Shown here: piece after piece, positions 18,126 through 26,678 of the stretch
How the letters are laid out: each line of letters starts with the position of its first letter
How positions within the stretch are numbered: position 1 is the first letter of the stretch
IMG/VR virus record: IMGVR_UViG_3300024182_000006
Span: 1-63,710 of that record
Origin: a virus
Taxonomy: Duplodnaviria; Caudoviricetes
Length of the DNA: 63,710 nt
Reading direction: 5' to 3' (one strand)
Made by a program: the position numbers and the translations under genes
Notes under the pieces: model-generated
What the model was told of the DNA's origin: nothing
What the model saw: only the letters and a program-made list of their open reading frames with translations
The model's database searches: none

Positions 18126-18932
18126 ATGACACCAAACCCACCCAGTAACGGTAACGGTAACGGTAACTCCCCTCTGGCAACGATCCAGGGGCTCACCCGT
18201 GCTGCAAAGAACCGTCGCCCACGAGTCGTCTGGTCGATCGAAGCATTCGGCAAGTGTGGCAAGACGCATCTCGCGTTCTCCGCCCCCGAGCCGATCGTCT
18301 ACTGGAACATCGATCGTGGGGAGGAAGGGACGATCGAGAAGTTCCTCGATCAGGGCAAGGAGATCTATCAGTACGACATCCCTATGACGCGGGACATGCT
18401 CGCGGGTACACCGGAGCAGGTGATGAGGAAATGCGAGCCCGAGCTGCGCAAGTTCCTCGCTTCGTTTGACGCGGTGACCAAGACGATCGGCCACCCCCGC
18501 GGCCCCAAGACACTCATCATCGACACATTCGGTGATCTCTTCACGCTCGGCTGTCTTGCTCTTATCGGCAAGAACGAGAAGATCATGCCGATGGAGCGCA
18601 CCCGTGTAAACAGCTTATTCGCCGGACTGGTACGCGAGGCGTTCTACTACGACGCGAACCTGCTCCTCTTACACAAGTTGACGGAGTGGGATGGGAAGGT
18701 CAAACCGTCAGGCTTCAACCAGGTCGAGTTTCTGGTGCAGGCGATCGTGCGCTGTGAGAAGAAGGTGAAGAAGACAGTGGGCGGGGGGAGTGAGCACTCG
18801 TTCGTGTACACGATCCAGAACTGCCGGCACAACACCGAGCTCGAAGGGGAGAGCTACGACAGTAAGCGGTATGGGTTCGCGGAATTGGCGAGCGAGATCA
18901 TTGACGGGACGAGTCCCGACGACTGGAGATAA
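18126..18932 (+). CDS. AAA_24/Sak4-like P-loop ATPase (recombination/annealing)
   Basis: GKCGKTHLA Walker A, NIDRG, TLIIDT Walker B, LLLLH; located near the exonuclease. Confidence 0.75.
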   Translation: MTPNPPSNGNGNGNSPLATIQGLTRAAKNRRPRVVWSIEAFGKCGKTHLAFSAPEPIVYWNIDRGEEGTIEKFLDQGKEIYQYDIPMTRDMLAGTPEQVMRKCEPELRKFLASFDAVTKTIGHPRGPKTLIIDTFGDLFTLGCLALIGKNEKIMPMERTRVNSLFAGLVREAFYYDANLLLLHKLTEWDGKVKPSGFNQVEFLVQAIVRCEKKVKKTVGGGSEHSFVYTIQNCRHNTELEGESYDSKRYGFAELASEIIDGTSPDDWR

Positions 18933-19016
18933 GAGATGGCGCGCTTCGAAAGCTCGCTGCCCGCATCGAGCGTCTTGAATACGACAAGCGTCAACGATCG
19001 ACGGTGGTGAGACCAG

Positions 19017-19319
19017 ATGCCACATGATCACGCCACAGAGGACTGGGCTATTTGGGAGTGTGGCAACGAACACTGCTACGAGTACCACTGTGCCCGTTGC
19101 GGATGCCACAGTGGAAGTCAAGGCCACTTGACTTACTTACGGCTTTCTTTTCCGCTATTTGATTGTGTGATGACGTGTGATGAGCAAGCAGTATTCAGTG
19201 CTTTGAAGGAGTTGCGTGGCGCTGAAATCGCGGATATTCAGATACAGATGATAAGAGAGCGCGGCGAGTTCAAACCGGACCGCCGATTAAAGAAAGGAGA
19301 TGATGACCATGCCGGGTAA
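19017..19319 (+). CDS. Zn-binding hypothetical protein
   Basis: CGNEHC...CARC. Confidence 0.45.
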   Translation: MPHDHATEDWAIWECGNEHCYEYHCARCGCHSGSQGHLTYLRLSFPLFDCVMTCDEQAVFSALKELRGAEIADIQIQMIRERGEFKPDRRLKKGDDDHAG

Positions 19320-19467
19320 AGGATCGAAGTTCACGCCAAAGGAAGACCGTCAAGCCAAGCACGTAATGGAGTCGGAAGAGAAAGAGGGAAAGTCAGCCGA
19401 GAAAGCCGAAGAGATCGGCTACGCGACTGTCAACAAGCAGAAGCCCCCCTCGCCTAAGAAGAAGTAA
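19309..19467 (+). CDS. 52-aa ChaB-like / small stress-type protein (below the ORF-track cutoff)
   Basis: MPGKGSKFTPKEDRQAKHVMESEEKEGKSAEKAEEIGYATVNK resembles the K..RQ..H...S....G.S...A..IA.ATVNK family; AAGGAG RBS. Confidence 0.65.
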   Translation: MPGKGSKFTPKEDRQAKHVMESEEKEGKSAEKAEEIGYATVNKQKPPSPKKK

Positions 19468-19480
19468 ATCTGAACTGAGT

Positions 19481-19582
19481 CTGGCTCTCGCCTCTATCCG
19501 CTCAATCTCTTGCGAAGGTTAACGGATAGGTCTGAGACGGATCGGCGCGTGGCCGATCTGGGTGGGATAGGGGCGGAGCCAG
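19481..19582 (+). ncRNA. Candidate multi-stem structured RNA
   Basis: ctggctctcgcctctatcc pairs with ggataggggcggagccag; inner hairpin cggatcggc/gccgatctg. Confidence 0.4.
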
Positions 19583-19644
19583 TTGTGCTGCGTAATGCCT
19601 CGTTGGTCTGTGCCCGCGGGGTATTATGGAGGACAACCCCCCTC

Positions 19645-20451
19645 ATGATACTTGTCGACTCACGTGCCGGCTCGAACGAGCTGGCCCGTTACATCGTCCC
19701 ACGCCATCTCGTCCGTATCTCCCAACGACTCTCCACCGACGTGCTCTTCATGGGATGGGGGCCAGGTGGCACCCGTCTGGAGATCGGCATGGAGCACAAA
19801 ACCCTCCCCGACCTGCTCAAATGCATCGGAGATGGGCGGTTCTCAGGCACTCAGCTCGAGCCCCTGCTCAAATACGACTACCACCATCTCATCGTGCAGG
19901 GCATCTGGCGTGAGGGGAGTGACGAGACGGGCAACCAGCTTGAGGTGCGGGGAGCGCCGATAGGTCGGGGGGCTGGGTGGTACAACACCGCCGAGATGGG
20001 CTGGGGCTCGCGCGTGTGGCGCTACGCCGAGGTCGAGCACTGGCTCTTCACGATGCAGATCATGGCGGGGTTGCGTATTGAGCGCCCGTCGAATTACATC
20101 CAGGCAGGGAGGCTGATCGGCTCGTGGTGGCGCTGGTGGAATGACAAAGCGTTTGAAGAGCACCGCTCGCACCTGGCTCAGGACAAGAGTCACAGAGCAT
20201 CGCTTCGGGGGGAGCTGCCGTTTCTCGTGCGGATGGCTGCCGAGCTCCCCGGTGTGGGACCCGAGGCAATAGCGGCGATCGAGCGCCACTTCCCCTCGGC
20301 CAGAGCTGCGGCCATCGCCACTCCAGAACAATGGGCGGAGATCGTTGTGGGAGGGGGGAGAGGAGCGGATGGGAAGGTGAAGAAGCCAAGACGTCTAGGG
20401 AAGAAGACGGCACAACGGATAGACGATGCCTGGGAGGGCAGAGATGAGTAG
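19645..20451 (+). CDS. ERCC4 (XPF/Mus81)-like structure-specific nuclease with HhH tail
   Basis: ILVDSR, TDVLF, EHKTLPDL..CI.DGR...Q, LIVQG, and C-terminal LPGVGP...RLGKKTA. Confidence 0.8.
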   Translation: MILVDSRAGSNELARYIVPRHLVRISQRLSTDVLFMGWGPGGTRLEIGMEHKTLPDLLKCIGDGRFSGTQLEPLLKYDYHHLIVQGIWREGSDETGNQLEVRGAPIGRGAGWYNTAEMGWGSRVWRYAEVEHWLFTMQIMAGLRIERPSNYIQAGRLIGSWWRWWNDKAFEEHRSHLAQDKSHRASLRGELPFLVRMAAELPGVGPEAIAAIERHFPSARAAAIATPEQWAEIVVGGGRGADGKVKKPRRLGKKTAQRIDDAWEGRDE

Positions 20452-20638
20452 AGGACAGCGAATCACCATCACCCTGTACGACGAAGAGCTGTCTGCGCTC
20501 GACGCCTTCTGCGGGCGTCTAGGCGAGCCCCTCATGAGCCGGCAGGAAGCGATCCGCTTTCTCATCCGGCAGTACGAGCGCCATCGGATTGGAGCAATCG
20601 TGCGGGCGGCGAAGGCGAGGGCTCGAGCTCGTGGCTAA
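20444..20638 (+). CDS. Ribbon-helix-helix (CopG-like) protein
   Basis: RITITLYDEELSALDAF...MSRQEAIRFLI. Confidence 0.7.
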   Translation: MSRGQRITITLYDEELSALDAFCGRLGEPLMSRQEAIRFLIRQYERHRIGAIVRAAKARARARG

Positions 20639-23510
20639 TTTCGTCCCCGGCAAAGGCCCACGCCCCGCGCGCCTCATGTTCGTGGGCGAGGCCCCTGGTG
20701 AGAAGGAGGACCGCGCGCGCGAGCCGTTCGTCGGCATGTCGGGCAACGAGGTCGATCGCTATTGCCGATCGATCCTCCTCGCGCGCGAGGACTGCTTCAT
20801 CGCGAACCTGCTCCGCTATCGCCCCGATAACAACGCCGATCCCACCGAGGCCGAGATCCTGCGTGATGAGCAGTGGCTCATGGCCGATCTGATCGATGTC
20901 CAGCCACAGATCGTCGTCACCCTCGGCCGCTTCAGCACGCGCTGGTTCCTGGGGCGCAAGGTGTCGATGGATCGGGAGTGGGGATTGGCTCACTCCGTCG
21001 ACATCTGCCAGCTGCACGGGTGTCCTGTTACCCACCCTCGCTGCCTTGGCTGCTCCCAGCCCATGGGACGGTTGCGTGTGAGTGTCGTCCCCATCCACCA
21101 CCCCGCCCTGGGTCTGTACTCCCCCGACAAGCAATCGATCATCCAGGCTGGGTTCGACGCTGTGGGTCGGCTGCTTCGTGGAGAGATGCCGGAGCGTGAG
21201 GACGCGTACCCCAACCCCGTCTATGCCGAATTGCGCGACGGGGATGACTGGGGCTTGGACGTCACCCACGGCCTCCTGGGAATGGATACCGAGGGCTCGG
21301 TCACTGCCCCCTGGTGCTTGTCTCTATCCGGGCATCGCGGTACCGGGTACATCGTCCGGCGCGAGTCCACCGAGGTGATCGAGGCAGTTTGCAGGAGCAT
21401 CGAGGCGTACCACGTCCCCGTCGTGTGGCACTTCGCCATGCACGATCTGGAGGTGATCGAGGCGATGGGGATCGACCCCACCGCGATCGACCGGCTCTGG
21501 AAGAAGCGCCAGGCCGACGAGGACGACATCTCCTTCCAGCGCCGCCCCTGGTGGCTCCAGATGCCATGGCACGACACGATGGTGATGGCCTTCAACCTTG
21601 GGCCGATGTACCCCCAGGCGCTGAAGGTTCTCTCGTACCGTCTCCACGCCATGGAGATGGACGACTACGAGAGCTTGACCGCCCCCGCCGAGCAGCGGAT
21701 GGCGATCGACTACATGCGTGCGGCTCTGGCTCATCGCCAATGCCCCGACTGCCGCGGTCAGGGGAAGATGGTGAATGTACGCCAGTACAAGAACGGGAAG
21801 GTTGCCCGCTCGCTCAAGAAGTGCTCCACGTGCGACGGGGATGGCACCTCGTGGCCACGTCCCGAGCCTGTACTCCTCTGGGACAGCCCCACGGGCAAGG
21901 CGAAGATCTACCAGCCGCAATCGATCGGCCGGCGCCTGAGGAGCATGCTGTCCAAAGCCATCGCTCCGGAGATGCTGGATGTCGACGAGGACGATACGCT
22001 CTACGACGCATGGCGCAAGGTCGATCCGGAAGAGGTGCGGGAGATCGTTGAGACCGAGCTCGGCCCCATGCCCACTCCCACGATGGACGGTGTCCCCCTT
22101 GACGTGGCTATCCACTACGCCTCACGTGACGCCGATGCCACACTCCGCGCCGCTCTGACGATGATTCCTCTCATGGAGGAGGCGGGGGTTGTTGAGGCGT
22201 ACCGGACGGATATGTCGATCATCCCGATCGTTCTGCGCATGCAACAGAACGGGATGCTCATCGACTGCGACTATTTCCACGGACTCGTTGCCCAGTGGCG
22301 CGCCGAGATGGATGGGATCGTTCATCAGCTCAAGCGCATCGCTGGCTACTACGTCAATCCGGGATCGTCCAAGCAGATGGCCAACTTCCTCTTCGACCGA
22401 CTGGGGCTGCCGACGGTGAAGAAAACCAAGTCGAAGGAGAACGAGTCGACCGACGACAAGGTGCTCGAGCAGTTGAAGATTCTCACGAGCCACCCGTCTG
22501 TCGATCTGATCATGAGATATAGGGAGCTGTCCAAGCTCGTGGGTACATACGCCCTCCCCCTCGCTCAGCTCCGTAGCACCGATGGTAGGGTGCGTACGCA
22601 GATCAACATCACTCGCACAGCCACGGGGCGTCTATCCTCCTCCAAGCGCAAGAGAGCGAAGGACTCGATCCAACTCCAGAACATCCCCACCCGATCAGAA
22701 GAGGGGAGGAAGATCCGCGGGGGCTTTGTCGCACGACCGGGGTATCTGCTCGGTTCGTGGGATCTGGATCAGGTGGAGATGCGCGTCATGGCGCACTGCA
22801 CCCAGGACGAGAATCTCTTGCGTCTGTTCAACGAGGGGGCCACGTGCCCCGTGAAGCTGGCGGAGGGGGAGTGCCGATGCCACGACATCCATCGCCTCAC
22901 CGCGTCGCTGATCTGGAAGGTGCCCATTGCCGAGGTCACCTCGACCCAACGATCGTCAGCGAAGAACGTGGGGTTCGGGATGATCTACGGCATCACAGCG
23001 CAGGGATTGCGGACCCAGTTTGCCCTGCGTGGAATCGAGATCACCGAGGCTGAGGCTCAAGCTCTGATCGATAGTTATTTGAAGGTAGCGTATCCGGGGA
23101 TCATGCGTTTCTGGGAGAGGAAGTTCACCGAGGCACGTCGCTACGGCTACGTCCGATCACAATCAGGCAGGATCAGGCACGTGGCCGCGGTGCAGTCAGC
23201 AGCATCCTGGGTACGGGAAGAAGCCCAGAGGCAGGCGGGCAATTACGAGGTGCAGGAGTTCGCCGGGCATATTCTGAAGAAAGCGATGGGGCACATCTGG
23301 GATTACGTTCTTCCGCCACTATGGGAGAGGGGGTGGGACGTACAGCCCTTGATGCAGATCCATGACGAGTTATTGTTCGAGTTCCCCGAGGGGTTGGAAG
23401 ATTTGATCGATCCAATGATTCGGCGGGCGATGACAGAGACGGTGCGGATATCCGTGCCATTGGGGTGCAAGGGCAAATGGGGGAAACGATGGAGCGAGTT
23501 GAAGGACTGA
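20631..23510 (+). CDS. polA: Family A DNA polymerase with N-terminal family-4 uracil-DNA-glycosylase-like domain (SPO1-type architecture)
   Basis: UDG: LMFVGEAPG, PFVG.SG, VTLGR, HHPA. Exo: MDTEG, HFAMHD, YASRDA. Pol: TGRLSS, LQNIP, DLDQVEMR (A), RSSAKNVGFGMIYG (B), QIHDEL (C). Confidence 0.92.
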   Translation: MANFVPGKGPRPARLMFVGEAPGEKEDRAREPFVGMSGNEVDRYCRSILLAREDCFIANLLRYRPDNNADPTEAEILRDEQWLMADLIDVQPQIVVTLGRFSTRWFLGRKVSMDREWGLAHSVDICQLHGCPVTHPRCLGCSQPMGRLRVSVVPIHHPALGLYSPDKQSIIQAGFDAVGRLLRGEMPEREDAYPNPVYAELRDGDDWGLDVTHGLLGMDTEGSVTAPWCLSLSGHRGTGYIVRRESTEVIEAVCRSIEAYHVPVVWHFAMHDLEVIEAMGIDPTAIDRLWKKRQADEDDISFQRRPWWLQMPWHDTMVMAFNLGPMYPQALKVLSYRLHAMEMDDYESLTAPAEQRMAIDYMRAALAHRQCPDCRGQGKMVNVRQYKNGKVARSLKKCSTCDGDGTSWPRPEPVLLWDSPTGKAKIYQPQSIGRRLRSMLSKAIAPEMLDVDEDDTLYDAWRKVDPEEVREIVETELGPMPTPTMDGVPLDVAIHYASRDADATLRAALTMIPLMEEAGVVEAYRTDMSIIPIVLRMQQNGMLIDCDYFHGLVAQWRAEMDGIVHQLKRIAGYYVNPGSSKQMANFLFDRLGLPTVKKTKSKENESTDDKVLEQLKILTSHPSVDLIMRYRELSKLVGTYALPLAQLRSTDGRVRTQINITRTATGRLSSSKRKRAKDSIQLQNIPTRSEEGRKIRGGFVARPGYLLGSWDLDQVEMRVMAHCTQDENLLRLFNEGATCPVKLAEGECRCHDIHRLTASLIWKVPIAEVTSTQRSSAKNVGFGMIYGITAQGLRTQFALRGIEITEAEAQALIDSYLKVAYPGIMRFWERKFTEARRYGYVRSQSGRIRHVAAVQSAASWVREEAQRQAGNYEVQEFAGHILKKAMGHIWDYVLPPLWERGWDVQPLMQIHDELLFEFPEGLEDLIDPMIRRAMTETVRISVPLGCKGKWGKRWSELKD

Positions 23511-23866
23511 CGGAACCGGCTCATTGGTGGCGGGGACCGGAGTGGGCGCGGATGCGCGACGCACTCGACGTGTACACGCAGAGATTCATGTTCGATCGGT
23601 TCAGCGGCGAAGGCGATCCGATCGTTAAATGCTATGGATTTCTACGGACACAAGATCACAAATACGTGATCGGTGGATTTGCGTGGCGCACAGCTATCGA
23701 GTATGTATCCACAGGCCGCCAATCGACCGTGTTCTATTATGCCGCCTGTGTCATCTCGGTCGATGATCTCGATCGAATCAAACACGATCGTCTTTACTTC
23801 GATCATCTGCTGATGAAGACAGCAAACGACATCGACAAGTGGGATAGGTTGTTGCGATCGGGCTAG
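23465..23866 (+). CDS. Hypothetical protein
   Basis: ORF overlapping the polA end; start uncertain (23489 likely). Confidence 0.55.
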   Translation: MQGQMGETMERVEGLTEPAHWWRGPEWARMRDALDVYTQRFMFDRFSGEGDPIVKCYGFLRTQDHKYVIGGFAWRTAIEYVSTGRQSTVFYYAACVISVDDLDRIKHDRLYFDHLLMKTANDIDKWDRLLRSG

Positions 23867-23981
23867 CACATTCGCAAAGTCCGTCGTGGGGGTAGGAGAA
23901 AGAGAGCGCGCCGAGTGCAATTTCTCGGGCCGGTAAGCAGAACGCGGCTGTATGGGAAATCAGATCTGGTGGGGGAGAGCA

Positions 23982-24590
23982 ATGGAACCGAGTAACCCGT
24001 TGAATGATGCGTTGTGGGAAGAGGTAATCACCGTAGCCCGATCCGCCTCGGATCATTACTCGATGACCGAGGAGCAGCAGCGCGTTCTCTTCGACATCTA
24101 CCCCGGTGGGACAATCGTCGAGCTCGGGGTGTGCAACGGCAAGACGGCCTTGGTGCTCGCGGCTGCTGCGTGGTCGTGCGGCTTTGGCTATCTCAAACGT
24201 TGCCCCGGTCGCTACATTGGCATCGACAACTGGGGCCTCGAGAACACATACGAAGGGGTGAAGGCTCTTATGGAGGCGGCCCGTCTGTGGGGCGGGAACT
24301 CCTACCTCATTAACGGATCGACACACACTCCACACCTACCAGACTCGCTGCGTCCGATTGATCTGCTCGTGATCGATGCCGGTCACGACGAGGCCAACGT
24401 CTCGATCGATTGTGAGCGATGGACGCCGATGGTACGCCCTGGCGGGTATGTCGCCTTCCACGATTACGACGAGCCAGCCGATCCCGACTCTCCTCACTGG
24501 GCGGTGCGCCATTACGCCGACAAGTACACCGGCTCCTGGAAGCATGTGGGGTATTGGGACGGGCTGCTCATCCGACAGAGGCCAGTCTGA
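23982..24590 (+). CDS. Class I SAM-dependent methyltransferase (Methyltransf_24-like)
   Basis: IVELGVCNGKT, IGIDNW, IDLLVIDAGH, RPGGYVAFHDY. Confidence 0.85.
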   Translation: MEPSNPLNDALWEEVITVARSASDHYSMTEEQQRVLFDIYPGGTIVELGVCNGKTALVLAAAAWSCGFGYLKRCPGRYIGIDNWGLENTYEGVKALMEAARLWGGNSYLINGSTHTPHLPDSLRPIDLLVIDAGHDEANVSIDCERWTPMVRPGGYVAFHDYDEPADPDSPHWAVRHYADKYTGSWKHVGYWDGLLIRQRPV

Positions 24591-24624
24591 CAGAAGCCAG
24601 GATGAGCACCTACATGCTGTTCGC

Positions 24625-24654
24625 TTGACATCGCCGTATCAAACCTGGTACAGT
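24625..24654 (+). promoter_or_regulatory. Sigma70 promoter with extended -10
   Basis: TTGACA-N18 (ending TGG)-TACAGT, upstream of AGGAGG RBS and ATG 24684. Confidence 0.6.
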
Positions 24655-24683
24655 ATCTCTCTCGCAAAGGAGGAGTGTGCTCA

Positions 24684-25160
24684 ATGACACGTGCCGCCAA
24701 ACCTGTAGTAGTGGCAGTAGACGAGGACGAGGAGATCGAGTCCACCGAACCCGGTCCCCGGTTCCCCAACGCTCCCGACTGGACCGAGTTCCCCAAGCTC
24801 AAACGGCTCCAAGCCGACCGGATCATGGACAAGGCCATCCAATTGAAGAAGGAGATCGCCACCCGCGAGGAGGAGCTCCGGGGGCTATACCCCATCCTCC
24901 ATTCGAAGATCGATCTGGGCCTGGGCGACGTCGACGTCAACACGGTGAACTACCGCGGCGTCGGCTTCCAACGGGTCAAGGGGGGTGAGCGGAAAGGCTC
25001 TCTCAATCGTAAGTGGGTGAAGATAACTCTTCTGCGCAAGGGGATCACTGAAGAGGAGATGGACAACCATCGAGGCAAGTCGACAGTGATTCAGCCGAGC
25101 GTGAAGATCTTCATGCCTGGGGAGGCGAAGAAGCCGTGGGAGAGTGATGATGACGAATAA
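24684..25160 (+). CDS. Hypothetical protein
   Basis: Strong RBS; coiled N-terminal half. Confidence 0.7.
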   Translation: MTRAAKPVVVAVDEDEEIESTEPGPRFPNAPDWTEFPKLKRLQADRIMDKAIQLKKEIATREEELRGLYPILHSKIDLGLGDVDVNTVNYRGVGFQRVKGGERKGSLNRKWVKITLLRKGITEEEMDNHRGKSTVIQPSVKIFMPGEAKKPWESDDDE

Positions 25161-25443
25161 GCCACCAGAAGGTATCTATAGTGCTCGAGTTGCGCTGTAT
25201 CAGCGCAACTACTTGGGGGTGTGGGAGCCGACGCCGCCCGTGATAGAGGCAGTTTTCTGCGAGCCAGGCAAGCGCAGTGTGTACATGGGTTGCCTTCCAG
25301 AGGCACTCGCCATTCATGATCCAGTGATGTTCTCTGCTTGGAAGGAGTCTCTGCGGGTAGGTGCTGAGCGGGCTCTCTGGAAGACGCACCCAGGAATGCC
25401 AGTGCAGATCGATGACGACAGTTTAAGGCTGCCATCTCTATGA
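25144..25443 (+). CDS. Hypothetical protein
   Basis: Operon continuity. Confidence 0.5.
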   Translation: MMMTNKPPEGIYSARVALYQRNYLGVWEPTPPVIEAVFCEPGKRSVYMGCLPEALAIHDPVMFSAWKESLRVGAERALWKTHPGMPVQIDDDSLRLPSL

Positions 25444-26678
25444 CAACTCCTCTCGCATTCCGCTGGCAGCGTCGCCCTATCCCCCTCCTGTTCCTAGGGG
25501 ACGCCCCCACTCTTCCCACAGGTCTGGCCCGGATCGGCCGTGACCTCGCCGTTCAAACCTCCCGCCTCCCCCACTTCCGCGTGGGCTTTCTGGGCCGGGG
25601 AGGGACGTACGATCGTTCCCTCCCCTTCGCCCAGTACAACTACCAGCCCACCGCCGAGAGCCAATGGGGGGACAACATCCTCCGCGCGGTGTGGCAGAAC
25701 TTCGCGGGGGACGAGCCGGGCATCATCATGACGCTCTGGGACCCCTCGCGCCTCTCCCCTTGGTTCGGCCACGAGTTCATGGCCGGCCATCCCGTATCCA
25801 TCTGGGGCTACTTCGCCGTGGATGGGGAGGGGCCGGGGGTGGATGGGGCACTCACAGGTACGATTCGCCACACCCTTCTCCAATATGACCGAGTCCTCGC
25901 CTATAGTCGGTTTGGCGAGCGCGTGCTCCGCGCCACAGTCCCCGATCACCCCGACGTGGATTGGATTCCTCACGGCATCAACACGACCACGTTTACCCCG
26001 CGCGATCGGGATGTGTCCCGGTCGATGCTCGCCGGCGGATTCGCAGGAGGGCTGACCGACAAACACACTCTCATCGGTTGCGTGATGTCAAACCAGCCCA
26101 GGAAGAACTGGGGACTGTGGGCCGACATGATGCGTCGAGTGCGCAAGGAACTGGAGTACCCCTCGGTCCTGCGCCTGTGGTGTCACACCGACGACGTCGA
26201 TCGGTACTGGGACATGGCCGCGCTTATCACCGATTTCGGCCTGGCCGATATCACCTGCGTTACCGTTGACGTGCCATCTGATCTGGTGATGTCGCACCGG
26301 TACTCGGCGTGCAATCTCACCGTGCTCCCGAGCGACGGGGAGGGGTTCGGGTACCCGATCGTGGAGAGCTTGGCGTGCGGAGTGCCAGTAATGCACGGTC
26401 CCGCTGGGGCGGGTAGCGAGTGGATTCCTTTTGAAGAGCTTGTGGTACCGGCTGGTCTCATCAACAGCCGATGGGACACGCGCTGGAACGTGTCGCGCCC
26501 CCAGTGGGACGCTGCCGACTGGGCAGAGATGACTCTTGACATGATCCGATCTCCCTACGCTGAGGGCGATGACAGAGCTGGTGGTGAGCGATACCGTAAG
26601 GCGATTGAGCATCTCGACTGGAAGAAGCTGTGGCCGTCGGTGTGGCAGAAGTGGATGTTGCGGGGGATTGGAGCATGA
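25440..26678 (+). CDS. GT-B glycosyltransferase, family 4
   Basis: DAP..PTG.ARI, IPHGINTTTFTP, NQPRKN, LPSDGEGFGYPIVESLACGVPV (EX7E). Confidence 0.9.
   Translation: MTTPLAFRWQRRPIPLLFLGDAPTLPTGLARIGRDLAVQTSRLPHFRVGFLGRGGTYDRSLPFAQYNYQPTAESQWGDNILRAVWQNFAGDEPGIIMTLWDPSRLSPWFGHEFMAGHPVSIWGYFAVDGEGPGVDGALTGTIRHTLLQYDRVLAYSRFGERVLRATVPDHPDVDWIPHGINTTTFTPRDRDVSRSMLAGGFAGGLTDKHTLIGCVMSNQPRKNWGLWADMMRRVRKELEYPSVLRLWCHTDDVDRYWDMAALITDFGLADITCVTVDVPSDLVMSHRYSACNLTVLPSDGEGFGYPIVESLACGVPVMHGPAGAGSEWIPFEELVVPAGLINSRWDTRWNVSRPQWDAADWAEMTLDMIRSPYAEGDDRAGGERYRKAIEHLDWKKLWPSVWQKWMLRGIGA

Noticed and set aside
18145-18167. GTAACG microsatellite, and similar short repeats near 749-771, 9419-9447 and 11158-11181
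   Set aside because: In-frame low-complexity coding repeats (NGNG, TADTAD, VSSVSS, DYHA); no sign of phase variation.
20631-23510. Intein or intron in polA or terL
   Set aside because: The insertions lack the C/S...HN splice motifs and LAGLIDADG blocks, and the reading frames are uninterrupted.
23867-23981. SAM/SAH riboswitch or tRNA upstream of the methyltransferase
   Set aside because: Only a short ccgag/ctcgg hairpin is visible; no riboswitch consensus or cloverleaf recognisable by eye.
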